This document shows positions 47,154 through 56,360 of a stretch of 61,950 nt of DNA, in pieces. A program made the translations under genes and the position numbers. The notes beneath the pieces are model-generated. The model searched no databases, was not told the DNA's origin, and saw nothing but the letters and a program-made list of their open reading frames with translations. Position 1 is the first letter of the stretch. Each line of letters begins with the position of its first letter. The stretch is from an uncultured Chitinophagales bacterium (lineage in GTDB: Bacteria; Bacteroidota; Rhodothermia; Balneolales; HLUCCA01): positions 1-61,950 of the forward strand of contig CAYPOI010000004.1 of NCBI GenBank assembly GCA_964412365.1, given 5' to 3'.

Positions 47154-47954
47154 TCAAAGAGCCGCAATTCTGCGATAGTATTCGGCAAATTTAGTGGACA
47201 CATCAGTCGGGGCGCCCTGGATTTTTTCGAGCGGGTAGGTAAGGTCGGGATAGAGGTTTTCAGGCTCACCGGGTTTGATATCGTTCCCCGTTACCACGTA
47301 ATCCGCATAAGCCAAGCCGGCGCGTAGCGGATCCACTCTGCCGTTGGTCTCGATCGTACTGCGATCAAAATCGTCTGGCAGATCCAAGTACCGATATATT
47401 TCTTGGTCGAACGTTCCAGGGTTGTACATGCTGTGAAGATTGAAAACGACCTTCGTGTTGGCGAAATTGCTTTCGTTCTTGTAGGTCGTTTTGACCAGCA
47501 TAGGCACCAATCCACCCGCCCAATCGTGGCAATGGATGATGTCGGGCATCCATCCGAGACGCTTCACCGTTTCCAAGATGCCTTTGTTGTAAAAGGCGAG
47601 GCGAGCGGCGTTGTCGTCGTAGAAGGCATTTGTTTTGGGATCGTGAAACAGGGCTTTGCGCTTGAAATAGGTGTCGTTGTCCAAAAAGTACACCTGAAGT
47701 TTCGCGTTTGGAATGCTGGCGACCTTGATTTTCAGCGATTCAACCGTACCCTCCATGTTCACTTCGATGCCCGCCAAGCGGATCACTTCATGCAACCGGT
47801 TGCGGCGATCGTTGATCGAACCGTATTTGGGTAGCAAGATCCGGATTTCGAATCCTTTATCTTGCAAGGATGCCGGTAAAAACCGCAGCAAGTCTGCGGT
47901 ATTGGTCATCTTTGCAAATGGAGAGATTTCGGCTGCAGCGTAGAGTATTTTCAT
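47154..47954 (-). CDS. half-size glycogen/starch synthase-like protein (GT5 N-terminal domain only)
   Basis: N-terminus MKILYAAAEISPFAK and HCHDWAGGLVP resemble the GT5 N-domain. At 266 aa there is no C-terminal nucleotide-sugar domain. Confidence 0.75.
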   Translation of the reverse strand: MKILYAAAEISPFAKMTNTADLLRFLPASLQDKGFEIRILLPKYGSINDRRNRLHEVIRLAGIEVNMEGTVESLKIKVASIPNAKLQVYFLDNDTYFKRKALFHDPKTNAFYDDNAARLAFYNKGILETVKRLGWMPDIIHCHDWAGGLVPMLVKTTYKNESNFANTKVVFNLHSMYNPGTFDQEIYRYLDLPDDFDRSTIETNGRVDPLRAGLAYADYVVTGNDIKPGEPENLYPDLTYPLEKIQGAPTDVSTKFAEYYRRIAAL

Positions 47955-48018
47955 GTCGACAAAGGGTTTTAACCTTTAAAAATAAGACTTTTCGCTGTTT
48001 TTTTTATTACCGAATCGC

Positions 48019-49566
48019 TCATGCCTCTTCGGCATCGATATTCACGAGGTTCGAATCGGACATGTTTAGCCGTGGGTTCCGGTTGGATATCCCAATCAGA
48101 TACCGCATATACTCTGCATTCACCTGATTGAGCATCTCAGGCGTGTATCGCCAAAGCCAGTTGTTGGCCGTGGTGCCCGGAAAATTCATGCGATGTTCGG
48201 TTCCCAATCCCATCAGATCTTGCAATGGGAAAATGGCTTGGTCGGCCACACTCATCATTCCGGCACGGACAAGCTCCCAATGGATGGCGCTGCCATCGCT
48301 GCGTGTGTACTCGCGGGCGCGGTGGCGTTCGGCATCCGGCGCAGCCTCATACCATCCGATGGTGGTGTCGTTGTCGTGGGTGCCGGTATAAACCACGCAA
48401 TTCGCAGTGGTATAATTATGTGGCAGGAAGGCGTTGGCCTGATTGTCGGTGAAGGAAAACTGCAGGATCTTCATGCCTGGAAATTGGAAAGAGTCGCGCA
48501 GATCAACCACAGATGGGGTGATCACTCCCAAGTCTTCGGCGATGATGGGCACATCGCCCAATTGGGTGCGGATGGTCTCGAACAAATCTTTCCCCGGACC
48601 CTTTACCCAGCGACCGTATTCAGCGGTTTTGGCGCTAGCATCCACTTCCCAATAGGCGTCGAAGCCACGGAAATGATCCACGCGGATGAGATCAAACATG
48701 CGGAACATCTGCTTGAAGCGCTCCATCCACCACGAATAATCGTCTTTGGCCATCACCTTCCATTTGTACAATGGATTTCCCCACAATTGCCCCGTGGCGG
48801 AGAAATAATCGGGGGGCACGCCCGCGACTTTGATGCGGTTTCCTTTGGCATCCACTTCGAAAAAATGGGGATGTGACCACACATCGGAGCTGTTATGGTC
48901 CACGAAGATCGGAATATCCCCCACAACCCGGATGCCACGCTCGTTCGCATACGATTTGAGCGCCATCCATTGGTTGAAAAACTCAAACTGCAGGAAATAA
49001 TGCAGATCAATTTCGGTTTTGAGGCGTTTGCGAGCCTCGGCCATGGCCTTGGGTTTGCGCTGCGCCAGTCCCACATCCCAGGTATTCCACGATTGACGAC
49101 CGTTTTCGATGGATATGGCGATGAACAACACATATTCATCGATCCAGTAGGCATTGTTTTTTCGAAACGCATCATACCCGGCTTTGATGCCGGCGTCATC
49201 GGACGCATGAAAACGTGCCGCGGCTTTTGTGAACAGCGCGTCTTTGATGGCGAACGCCGCATCGTAATCCGCTTTGGTACGGGATGGGAGCTTCGCGGCA
49301 TCCGCTTCGGCCCGACTCAGCAATCCTTTTTGAACCAACACATCCGGACTGATCAAGTACGTATTTCCTGCAAACGCCGAATAACTCGCGTAAGGGGAAT
49401 TTCCATATCCCGTTGGTCCAAGTGGCAAAATCTGCCAAATCGATTGATGAGTGCTTTCAAGAAATTGGATGAACGTGTAGGCGGATGGTCCTAAATCTCC
49501 AATTCCATATTGCGATGGAAAGGATGTGGGGTGGACGAGAACCCCGCTGGAACGTTGGAAACGCAT
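48019..49566 (-). CDS. malQ: 4-alpha-glucanotransferase (amylomaltase, GH77)
   Basis: RSSGVLVHPTSFPSQYGIGDLG at the N-terminus, IRVDHFRGF, IIAEDLG, and YTGTHDNDT. Confidence 0.92.
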   Translation of the reverse strand: MRFQRSSGVLVHPTSFPSQYGIGDLGPSAYTFIQFLESTHQSIWQILPLGPTGYGNSPYASYSAFAGNTYLISPDVLVQKGLLSRAEADAAKLPSRTKADYDAAFAIKDALFTKAAARFHASDDAGIKAGYDAFRKNNAYWIDEYVLFIAISIENGRQSWNTWDVGLAQRKPKAMAEARKRLKTEIDLHYFLQFEFFNQWMALKSYANERGIRVVGDIPIFVDHNSSDVWSHPHFFEVDAKGNRIKVAGVPPDYFSATGQLWGNPLYKWKVMAKDDYSWWMERFKQMFRMFDLIRVDHFRGFDAYWEVDASAKTAEYGRWVKGPGKDLFETIRTQLGDVPIIAEDLGVITPSVVDLRDSFQFPGMKILQFSFTDNQANAFLPHNYTTANCVVYTGTHDNDTTIGWYEAAPDAERHRAREYTRSDGSAIHWELVRAGMMSVADQAIFPLQDLMGLGTEHRMNFPGTTANNWLWRYTPEMLNQVNAEYMRYLIGISNRNPRLNMSDSNLVNIDAEEA

Positions 49567-49570
49567 AATG

Positions 49571-51778
49571 TCAGGCTTTTTTAGGCTTCAGATACATGGC
49601 ACCGAGAGGAGGAACCGAAACGGAGATGTGAGCCGGAAACCCATGCCATTCACCCGGATGCGCTTGTAGGGCAGGCAGTCCGACGTTGCTTCCTCCGTAA
49701 TAATGCGAGTCGCTGTTGAAGATGATGTCATAGGTACCAGGCTCAGGAACACCGATCGTGTAGGCTTCCCTCACCACAGGGGTAAAGTTAAACAGACAAA
49801 CGATGTAATCGGATGGATCTTCCGCAAATCTCACAAAACTGATGGTGCTATTTTCATAATCGGTCGGATTGATCCATTTGAATCCTTTCCAATCGAAATC
49901 CACTTCATGCAGCGCTTTTTCACGGGCATACAGACCGTTCAGATCTTTGACCAGGCTGGTGATGCCCCGATGCGACTCGAAGCCCAATAACGACCAATCC
50001 AGTTCTTTCTGGCTGTTCCATTCGCTCCATTGGCCGAACTCGCTCCCCATGAAGCCCAATTTCTTGCCCGGATGCGCATACATGTAACTATACAAGAGCC
50101 TCAGATTGGCGAATTTCTGCCACAGGTCGCCGGGCATCTTGTCGAGCATGGAGCGTTTCAGGTGCACCACCTCATCGTGTGAGAACGGAAGCACGAAGTT
50201 CTCGCTGAATGCATAGATCATCGAAAACGTGAGCGAGTTGTGATGGTAGCGCCGGAACAGCGGATCGACCTCGATGTATTTCAGAGTGTCGTTCATCCAG
50301 CCCATGTTCCATTTGTAATCGAAGCCGAGTCCGCCCAAGTAGGTCGGACGCGACACCATCGGCCAGCTCGTCGATTCTTCTGCCATCGTCATCACACCGG
50401 TGAATCGGTCATGCACCACTTCGTTGAAGCGTTTGATGAATTGAATGGCTTCGAGGTTTTCCCGCCCACCGTATTTGTTCGGGATCCATTCGCCTTCTTT
50501 GCGCGAATAATCCAGATAGAGCATAGACGCGACCGCATCCACACGCAAGCCGTCGATATGGAACCGATCGAGCCAGTACACCGCGTTCGAGATAAGGAAG
50601 TTCATGACTTCGTTGCGCCCGAAGTTGAAAATATTCGTGCCCCAATCTTTGTGCTCGCCTTGCCGCGGATCGGCATGCTCGTAAAAATGCGTTCCGTCGA
50701 AATAGCGCAACCCGTGATCGTCTTTGGTGAAGTGGGCAGGTACCCAATCCACAATCACACCGATGCCGTTGCGATGGCATTCATCCACAAAAAACATGAA
50801 ATCATCGGGTGTGCCGAAGCGGCTCGTCGGTGTGAAATAACCCGTCACCTGATACCCCCAAGACGGATCGTAGGGATGTTCCGCTACTGGCAGCAACTCG
50901 ATGTGCGTGAAACCGAGCTCTTTCACATAGCCCACCAGTTGTTCCGCCGCTTCTCGATACGTGAGGAACAGGCTCTTGTCTTCGCCTTTCCGGCGCCAGG
51001 ACCCGAGGTGGATTTCATAGATGGAAACCGGTTCATTGAATCGGGATGTGCGGTTTTTCATCCACGTCGCATCGTTCCATTTATACTGCTCGGTGTTGTA
51101 GACGATGGATGCCGTTCCTGGTCGCAATTCCGCGAACGTAGCGTACGGATCGGCTTTCGTCATTGGCAGGTTGCCGGTATGCGTGGCGATTTCAAATTTA
51201 TAGGCCGCACCTTGCGACACACCCGGCACGAAAATCTCCCAGATGCCTTGATCGAAATGACGGCGCATCACATGCACGCGTCCGTCCCATCCGTTGAAGG
51301 CGCCTACCACACTCACGCGCTTCGCTGCCGGAGCGCAAACCACAAAACGTGTTCCAGATACCCCATCCATCTCCATCAAATGGGCGCCCATGAACTTATG
51401 GGCGTCGTGATGATTTCCTTCACCCCATAATTGAAGATCGAAATCGGTGATGGTGCTCCCGAACGAGTAGGGGTCGGATTGTGATTTCACTTCCCCGGAA
51501 CCCGTCATGATGGAATAGGTGTAGGGAAATGGCTTTTTTGGGGATGGAATCACCGCTTCATACAACCCGGCATCGTGGATGCGGGTCATTTCGAACATCT
51601 TGTTTGTTCCGGAGTGGACGATGGCCACCGAGGCCACATAAGGAGCGAAGGTGCGGACGACCAATCCCGATTTCCCACCTACCGAAAACGTGTGCATGCC
51701 GAGAACGGCGAACGGATTGTCGTGCAGACCTCGCACGATCGCATCTATTTGATCGGAATCTAAATGGAATGACTTCAT
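49571..51778 (-). CDS. glgB: 1,4-alpha-glucan branching enzyme (GH13)
   Basis: [37 protein letters not shown]. 735 aa. Confidence 0.93.
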   Translation of the reverse strand: MKSFHLDSDQIDAIVRGLHDNPFAVLGMHTFSVGGKSGLVVRTFAPYVASVAIVHSGTNKMFEMTRIHDAGLYEAVIPSPKKPFPYTYSIMTGSGEVKSQSDPYSFGSTITDFDLQLWGEGNHHDAHKFMGAHLMEMDGVSGTRFVVCAPAAKRVSVVGAFNGWDGRVHVMRRHFDQGIWEIFVPGVSQGAAYKFEIATHTGNLPMTKADPYATFAELRPGTASIVYNTEQYKWNDATWMKNRTSRFNEPVSIYEIHLGSWRRKGEDKSLFLTYREAAEQLVGYVKELGFTHIELLPVAEHPYDPSWGYQVTGYFTPTSRFGTPDDFMFFVDECHRNGIGVIVDWVPAHFTKDDHGLRYFDGTHFYEHADPRQGEHKDWGTNIFNFGRNEVMNFLISNAVYWLDRFHIDGLRVDAVASMLYLDYSRKEGEWIPNKYGGRENLEAIQFIKRFNEVVHDRFTGVMTMAEESTSWPMVSRPTYLGGLGFDYKWNMGWMNDTLKYIEVDPLFRRYHHNSLTFSMIYAFSENFVLPFSHDEVVHLKRSMLDKMPGDLWQKFANLRLLYSYMYAHPGKKLGFMGSEFGQWSEWNSQKELDWSLLGFESHRGITSLVKDLNGLYAREKALHEVDFDWKGFKWINPTDYENSTISFVRFAEDPSDYIVCLFNFTPVVREAYTIGVPEPGTYDIIFNSDSHYYGGSNVGLPALQAHPGEWHGFPAHISVSVPPLGAMYLKPKKA

Positions 51779-51794
51779 AACCTAGCGAATATAG

Positions 51795-51802
51795 TATTTT
51801 TG
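51795..51802 (+). promoter_or_regulatory. possible -7 promoter box (TAnnTTTG)
   Basis: tatttttg lies only 5 nt before the GTG start of the LolC/E-type gene. If real, it implies a leaderless or near-leaderless mRNA. Confidence 0.25.
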
Positions 51803-51806
51803 GCAG

Positions 51807-53039
51807 GTGAACCCGATACAACGAATCGCGACCCGATACCTGTTTTCCCGCCAGCAATTCACGCTGGTCGGGGCATTGACCTTGATCAGCATTTCCGGCG
51901 TCACCATCGGCACCGCGCTGCTGATCATCGTGTTGTCGGTATTCAATGGGTTCTTCGATCTCATCATGGGCTTGCTTCGTTCGTACGACCCCGATATCCG
52001 CATCGAATCGGCTGAAGGGGCGACGTTCACCTGGTCCGATTCGACGCTTCAGAATCTGAGGGATATCCCCGAAGTTCGCATCGTTTCGCCGTTTTTGGAG
52101 GGAAAAGCGATGTTGGCCTACCAGGGTGGTCGTGACAAGGTAGTGATTGTAAGGGGCATTGTGCCACAGACCTTTTTCGAAATGGTGGAAGTAGATGCAG
52201 AACCGTCACAATCGGTCTTGGATCTGGCTGTTCGCAACCGGATGCCCGGTGTGTTGATCGGGGATCAGCTCCGCGTTCAATTGAATCTGGGAGTGGGCGA
52301 TCAAGTGTCTCTACTCAGTGCGGTAGGCGTTCAGCGAAGCCTCACATCGTTCACGGGTCCGAGGTATTACACGTTCGACATCCGAGGCTTTTTCTACTTG
52401 CAGCAATTGTTTGAAGGCTCGATCGCCTTTGTTGAGTTGGAAGCGGCCCAGCGCCTGTTCTTGCAACGCGATCAGCTGTCTGGAATCGAAATCTCACTGA
52501 ACGACCCCGATACCGCGTTCGATGTGCGCGATCAGATACAGACCAAGCTGGGCTCCAGCTATGTGGTGAATACATGGTACGACCTTCAGAAAAATCTCTA
52601 TGATGTGATGTACCTCGAAAAATGGGTGGCCTATTTCATCCTCATGCTCATTGTGATCGTGGCCATTTTGAACATCATCGGATCGATGACCATGATCGTG
52701 ATCCAGAAACGTCGTGATATCGGCGCCCTGATGGCGATCGGGTATACGACCTCCCACATCCGCTACATCTTCCTCACGCAAGGTGTGATGATCGGAATGA
52801 TCGGATGTGTGCTGGGCGGAAGCATCGGGCTATCGCTGTCGTGGCTCCAAAAAACCTATGGATTGGTGAAGCTGGCCGGAGCGGAAAACTTCATCATTCA
52901 AGCCTATCCGATTTCCATCCAGCCCTTGGATGTGATCAGTGTCTTGTTGGTGAGCCTGTTCTTATGTATCGGCGCGAGCGCCTGGCCCGCCAGCGAAGCC
53001 GCGAAAGTGCTGCCAGCGGATGCGGTACGCAACGAGTAA
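51807..53039 (+). CDS. LolC/LolE-type (FtsX-like) ABC transporter permease
   Basis: N-terminus IATRYLFSRQQ...SISGVTIGTALLIIVLSVFNGF, a large periplasmic loop, and a C-terminal FtsX-type 3-TM bundle. GTG start. Confidence 0.85.
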   Translation: MNPIQRIATRYLFSRQQFTLVGALTLISISGVTIGTALLIIVLSVFNGFFDLIMGLLRSYDPDIRIESAEGATFTWSDSTLQNLRDIPEVRIVSPFLEGKAMLAYQGGRDKVVIVRGIVPQTFFEMVEVDAEPSQSVLDLAVRNRMPGVLIGDQLRVQLNLGVGDQVSLLSAVGVQRSLTSFTGPRYYTFDIRGFFYLQQLFEGSIAFVELEAAQRLFLQRDQLSGIEISLNDPDTAFDVRDQIQTKLGSSYVVNTWYDLQKNLYDVMYLEKWVAYFILMLIVIVAILNIIGSMTMIVIQKRRDIGALMAIGYTTSHIRYIFLTQGVMIGMIGCVLGGSIGLSLSWLQKTYGLVKLAGAENFIIQAYPISIQPLDVISVLLVSLFLCIGASAWPASEAAKVLPADAVRNE

Positions 53040-53041
53040 TG

Positions 53042-53069
53042 TTGAATGTTGAAGTTTGAATGTTGAAGT
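53042..53069. repeat. perfect 14-bp tandem repeat (2 copies)
   Basis: ttgaatgttgaagt at 53042-53055 is repeated exactly at 53056-53069, starting 3 nt after the permease stop codon. Confidence 0.9.
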
Positions 53070-53140
53070 AATTTTAAATTGAAAATTTTAAATGATCTAA
53101 CACCTGTTCACTTAACATTTAAAATTCAACATTTAAAATT
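53070..53140. terminator. AT-rich imperfect inverted repeat, candidate bidirectional terminator
   Basis: The 25-nt arms 53070-53094 (aattttaaattgaaaattttaaatg) and 53116-53140 (catttaaaattcaacatttaaaatt) pair at 21/25 positions by my alignment. Lies between convergent stop codons (53039 and 53144). Confidence 0.55.
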
Positions 53141-53143
53141 GTC

Positions 53144-54775
53144 TTAGTACAAATCCGGCAAATCATTCTCATACAGAACCACATCTCCGTCTTGCAAGTA
53201 ACCGCGTAAGAACTCATTCGCGGTGAAGAGCGTCGGCTCCACGCGCACCTGCTCCATCGGATAGCCGGTCGATAGCACGCCGTCCAAGATCGGCTTGCTT
53301 CGTTCTGCGCCCACAAGAATCACAAGATCTAGCGCTGCGTTTCCAATCACTTCGCCGAAACGACGGTTCTCGGCTTCTTCGATCTCGCCGAGTTCCACCA
53401 TGCCGGGGGTGACGATAATGCGTCGTCCCGTGTTGAACTGAGCCAGCACCTCCACCGCGTTCGCTGCTCCGACCGGATTCGAATTGAACGCATCGTCAAT
53501 CATCACCGCATTTCCGATGCGTTTGAGCTCCAAGCGATGCTCCACCGGTTCGATGCGGGATGCGGCCAAGGCCATGGTTTGCAAGCGCAATCCGAAATGC
53601 AAGCCAACACCGATTCCGATCAAGATGTTATGAACGTTATGCGCTCCAAGGAGTTTTGTTGATACCTCGGCTCGTTCCGTGCCATCCAATACGGCTGTAA
53701 AATGACATCCCGACGCATCATATCGGATGTTTTCGGCTTGAAGCCGGCCTGACTGCAAGCCCACCGGAATCACCGAAATATCGTTGCGCGTGACTTGCGA
53801 CATCACCCGAATATCGTCGCTGTTCACCACCGCAGTTCCATTTTTGGGCAGGTGGCGAATGATCGCGCCCTTGGTGTGGGCGATGTTTTCCTGGGTTCCG
53901 AACGTTTCCAAATGGGCCAAGCCGACGTTTGTGAATACGCTCACATCGGGTCGGGCGATCTCGCATAACTCATCGATATTGCCCGCATACCGCGCCCCCA
54001 TCTCCAGAATCAGAATCTGATGCGAGGCATCGAGGTCGTTATTGATCACCATCGTGATGCCCATTGGCGTATTGAAACTGCCCGGTGTGAAACACACGTT
54101 GTACCGTTCCGCGAGCAAGGTTTTGATCACGAATTTCGTGGATGTTTTCCCATAACTGCCGGTAATCGCCACGACTTTCAGATCCGGCATCGTCGCCAGT
54201 TTTTCTTTCGCTTTGCGGATGAAGCCTTTCTGGATGAGGTTCTCCACCGGTTTCATCACCCATCCCGCTAGAAAAATGAAAAACGGTTGCAGTAACGATG
54301 CCGATGCCAACAGAAATGCCAAGATGTACGGATCGGGGAAGGTGGATGCGATCCGGTTCACGGTGATGAAGGCCAGTACGGGTAACGCCGCAAAAAGAAG
54401 GATTGCCGGAAGCAAGAGGCGCTTCACGCGCGCGGTGAAGGAGAGAGGTTTTTTGGGTCGGGCCGTGTACACCGCCACCGATCCGAACCAGACCATCGCG
54501 AACAGCGACAAAATCCACACCGAAGCCGTTTCATTCAAGGTGGTTCTGCCCAAGAACATCATTGCCAACAGCACCACATTGTACAAGGCGAAGGTGGGAG
54601 TGAGCACATGCTCATTCCAGTTTTGTTTGAGCCAGCTCCAGTACTCGTTCAGCTTGTAGCCACTTTGCTGAAATCGATGTAGGAAAAAGCGCCCACGATA
54701 GAGTCCGTGACGAATCAAAACCAAGGCCATGAGCCAAACCATGCCATGGACGATAAGGAGGTAGGTGGTGTACAT
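53144..54775 (-). CDS. MurF-type Mur ligase (UDP-MurNAc-tripeptide--D-Ala-D-Ala ligase-like) with N-terminal membrane domain
   Basis: Residues ~180-543 are MurF-like: P-loop AITGSYGKTSTK, ILEMGARYAGNIDEL, TNVGLAHLETFG and C-domain IDDAFNSNP. The first ~170 aa contain about five hydrophobic helices in place of the usual soluble N-domain. Confidence 0.8.
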   Translation of the reverse strand: MYTTYLLIVHGMVWLMALVLIRHGLYRGRFFLHRFQQSGYKLNEYWSWLKQNWNEHVLTPTFALYNVVLLAMMFLGRTTLNETASVWILSLFAMVWFGSVAVYTARPKKPLSFTARVKRLLLPAILLFAALPVLAFITVNRIASTFPDPYILAFLLASASLLQPFFIFLAGWVMKPVENLIQKGFIRKAKEKLATMPDLKVVAITGSYGKTSTKFVIKTLLAERYNVCFTPGSFNTPMGITMVINNDLDASHQILILEMGARYAGNIDELCEIARPDVSVFTNVGLAHLETFGTQENIAHTKGAIIRHLPKNGTAVVNSDDIRVMSQVTRNDISVIPVGLQSGRLQAENIRYDASGCHFTAVLDGTERAEVSTKLLGAHNVHNILIGIGVGLHFGLRLQTMALAASRIEPVEHRLELKRIGNAVMIDDAFNSNPVGAANAVEVLAQFNTGRRIIVTPGMVELGEIEEAENRRFGEVIGNAALDLVILVGAERSKPILDGVLSTGYPMEQVRVEPTLFTANEFLRGYLQDGDVVLYENDLPDLY

Positions 54776-54922
54776 GGTGTAAAATACGGATTAAAGAAGC
54801 TGGATGCGGGAAGCGGGAAGCTGGAAGCCGGATGCGAGATGAATGGGTTCAGAACTTATCCGTAAATTTCAAACAACATCCATCAAGCATCAAGCATTTA
54901 CCATCCAGCATCCCGCTTCTTT

Positions 54923-55924
54923 ATGAAACTCATCATCCCTATGGCCGGCAAGGGCACGCGTTTGCGCCCGCATTCCCACACCACACCGAAACCATTGCTA
55001 CCTGTTGCGGGCATTTCCATTGTGGAGCGCATCGTGCTCACCTTCAGCCGCACCATCAATCGGAAAGTGGATGAGATCGCCTTCGTGTTGGGCGATTTCG
55101 GCGATGATGTGAAAAAAAGCCTGACGGAAATGGCCGAGCGCCAAGGTGCCACCGCATCCTTCTACTACCAGAAAGAAGCCCGTGGGACCGCTCATGCCAT
55201 CCATTGCGCGAAAGAATCGTTGGAAGGCGAAGTGATCGTGGTGTTCGCTGATACCTTGTTTGACACAAAAGAACAGGTGAATGTGGATGGAGCCGATAGC
55301 GTGATTTGGCTCAAACATGTGGAAGATCCGTCCCGCTTTGGAGTGGCGGTTCAGGATGCCGACGGACGCATCACCAGTTTCGTTGAAAAACCGAAAGAAC
55401 TGATTTCGAACCTCGCCATCATCGGCGTGTATTATTTCAAAGACGGCGCCGGTTTGCGTCGCGAAATCCAGGCGTTGCTCGATAACAACATCACGGGTCA
55501 TGGCGGCGAATATCAGCTGACCGATGCGATCGATGCCCTGCTCAAACAAGGAAAAGTGTTCAAAGCGGCAACGGTGGATGAATGGTTGGATTGCGGCACC
55601 GTTCCAGCTTGGTTGGAGACCACATCCACCATCATCGCCAAAGAATTCGGAAACACGATGCCGGGTCCGTTTCCGCGCACCATCATCCATCCGCCGGTTT
55701 ACATCGGAGATGGAGCCGTGATTGAAGGAAGCGAGATCGGTCCGAACGCGAGCATCGGTGCGGGATGTGTGATCCGCAACAGCATGATTTCAGACACGAT
55801 CGTGCTTGATAAATCGGTTGTGGAGCAATCCAAGCTCATGCAATCCACGATCGGAACCCATGCGCATGTGAACGGCTTCACGGGAAGCGTGAACATCAGC
55901 GATCATAGCGTGGTCAAGGGGTGA
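54923..55924 (+). CDS. sugar-phosphate nucleotidyltransferase with C-terminal left-handed beta-helix
   Basis: N-terminal IPMAGKGTRLRP (GxGTRxxP) NTP-transferase motif, and C-terminal hexapeptide-like repeats (IGDGAVIEGSEIGPNASIGAGCVI). Confidence 0.8.
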   Translation: MKLIIPMAGKGTRLRPHSHTTPKPLLPVAGISIVERIVLTFSRTINRKVDEIAFVLGDFGDDVKKSLTEMAERQGATASFYYQKEARGTAHAIHCAKESLEGEVIVVFADTLFDTKEQVNVDGADSVIWLKHVEDPSRFGVAVQDADGRITSFVEKPKELISNLAIIGVYYFKDGAGLRREIQALLDNNITGHGGEYQLTDAIDALLKQGKVFKAATVDEWLDCGTVPAWLETTSTIIAKEFGNTMPGPFPRTIIHPPVYIGDGAVIEGSEIGPNASIGAGCVIRNSMISDTIVLDKSVVEQSKLMQSTIGTHAHVNGFTGSVNISDHSVVKG

Positions 55925-55931
55925 TCGCGAC

Positions 55932-56360
55932 CTACTTGATGATCGTGATCACGCAATTCAGGTGATGCAGGATGTAATTCGTGACGCCGCCCGACAGCAG
56001 ATCCGTGATTTTCCACTGATAATCGCCACCACCCATGATCACATGATCGATGTTGGCCTTGCGCGCCGTGTCGACGATGGTCTCGCGGGGCTCACCGATG
56101 GCCACCATGGTCGAGACTGAGTCCGCATCCCCCGCTTCCATCTGAAAAAAGTCCTTCGCCTCACGCAACACGAGTTTGCTTTTATCGCGGTTCAGGTCGT
56201 TTTCTTTCTCTTTGCGATCGCGCGGATCCGGAATCACGGTCATGATCAGCACATTGGGCTTGGGATCCATCAATTTGTACAACCGAGCGGCGTACTGAAC
56301 CGATAAGGTGGCATATTTCGAGCCATCGGTGGCCAATAACCAGCGTTGAGGCAGACTCAT
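55932..56360 (-). CDS. universal stress protein (UspA family)
   Basis: 142 aa. LLATDGSKYA at the N-terminus and a C-terminal G-rich ATP-loop-like GGGDY...SGGVTNYILHHLNCVITII. Confidence 0.85.
   Translation of the reverse strand: MSLPQRWLLATDGSKYATLSVQYAARLYKLMDPKPNVLIMTVIPDPRDRKEKENDLNRDKSKLVLREAKDFFQMEAGDADSVSTMVAIGEPRETIVDTARKANIDHVIMGGGDYQWKITDLLSGGVTNYILHHLNCVITIIK

Noticed and set aside
53040-53143. Short AT-rich repeats, considered as a possible CRISPR array or IS end.
   Set aside because: There are only two tandem 14-bp copies with no spacers, and no cas or transposase gene lies nearby. The inverted arms are too short and AT-rich to call IS terminal repeats.
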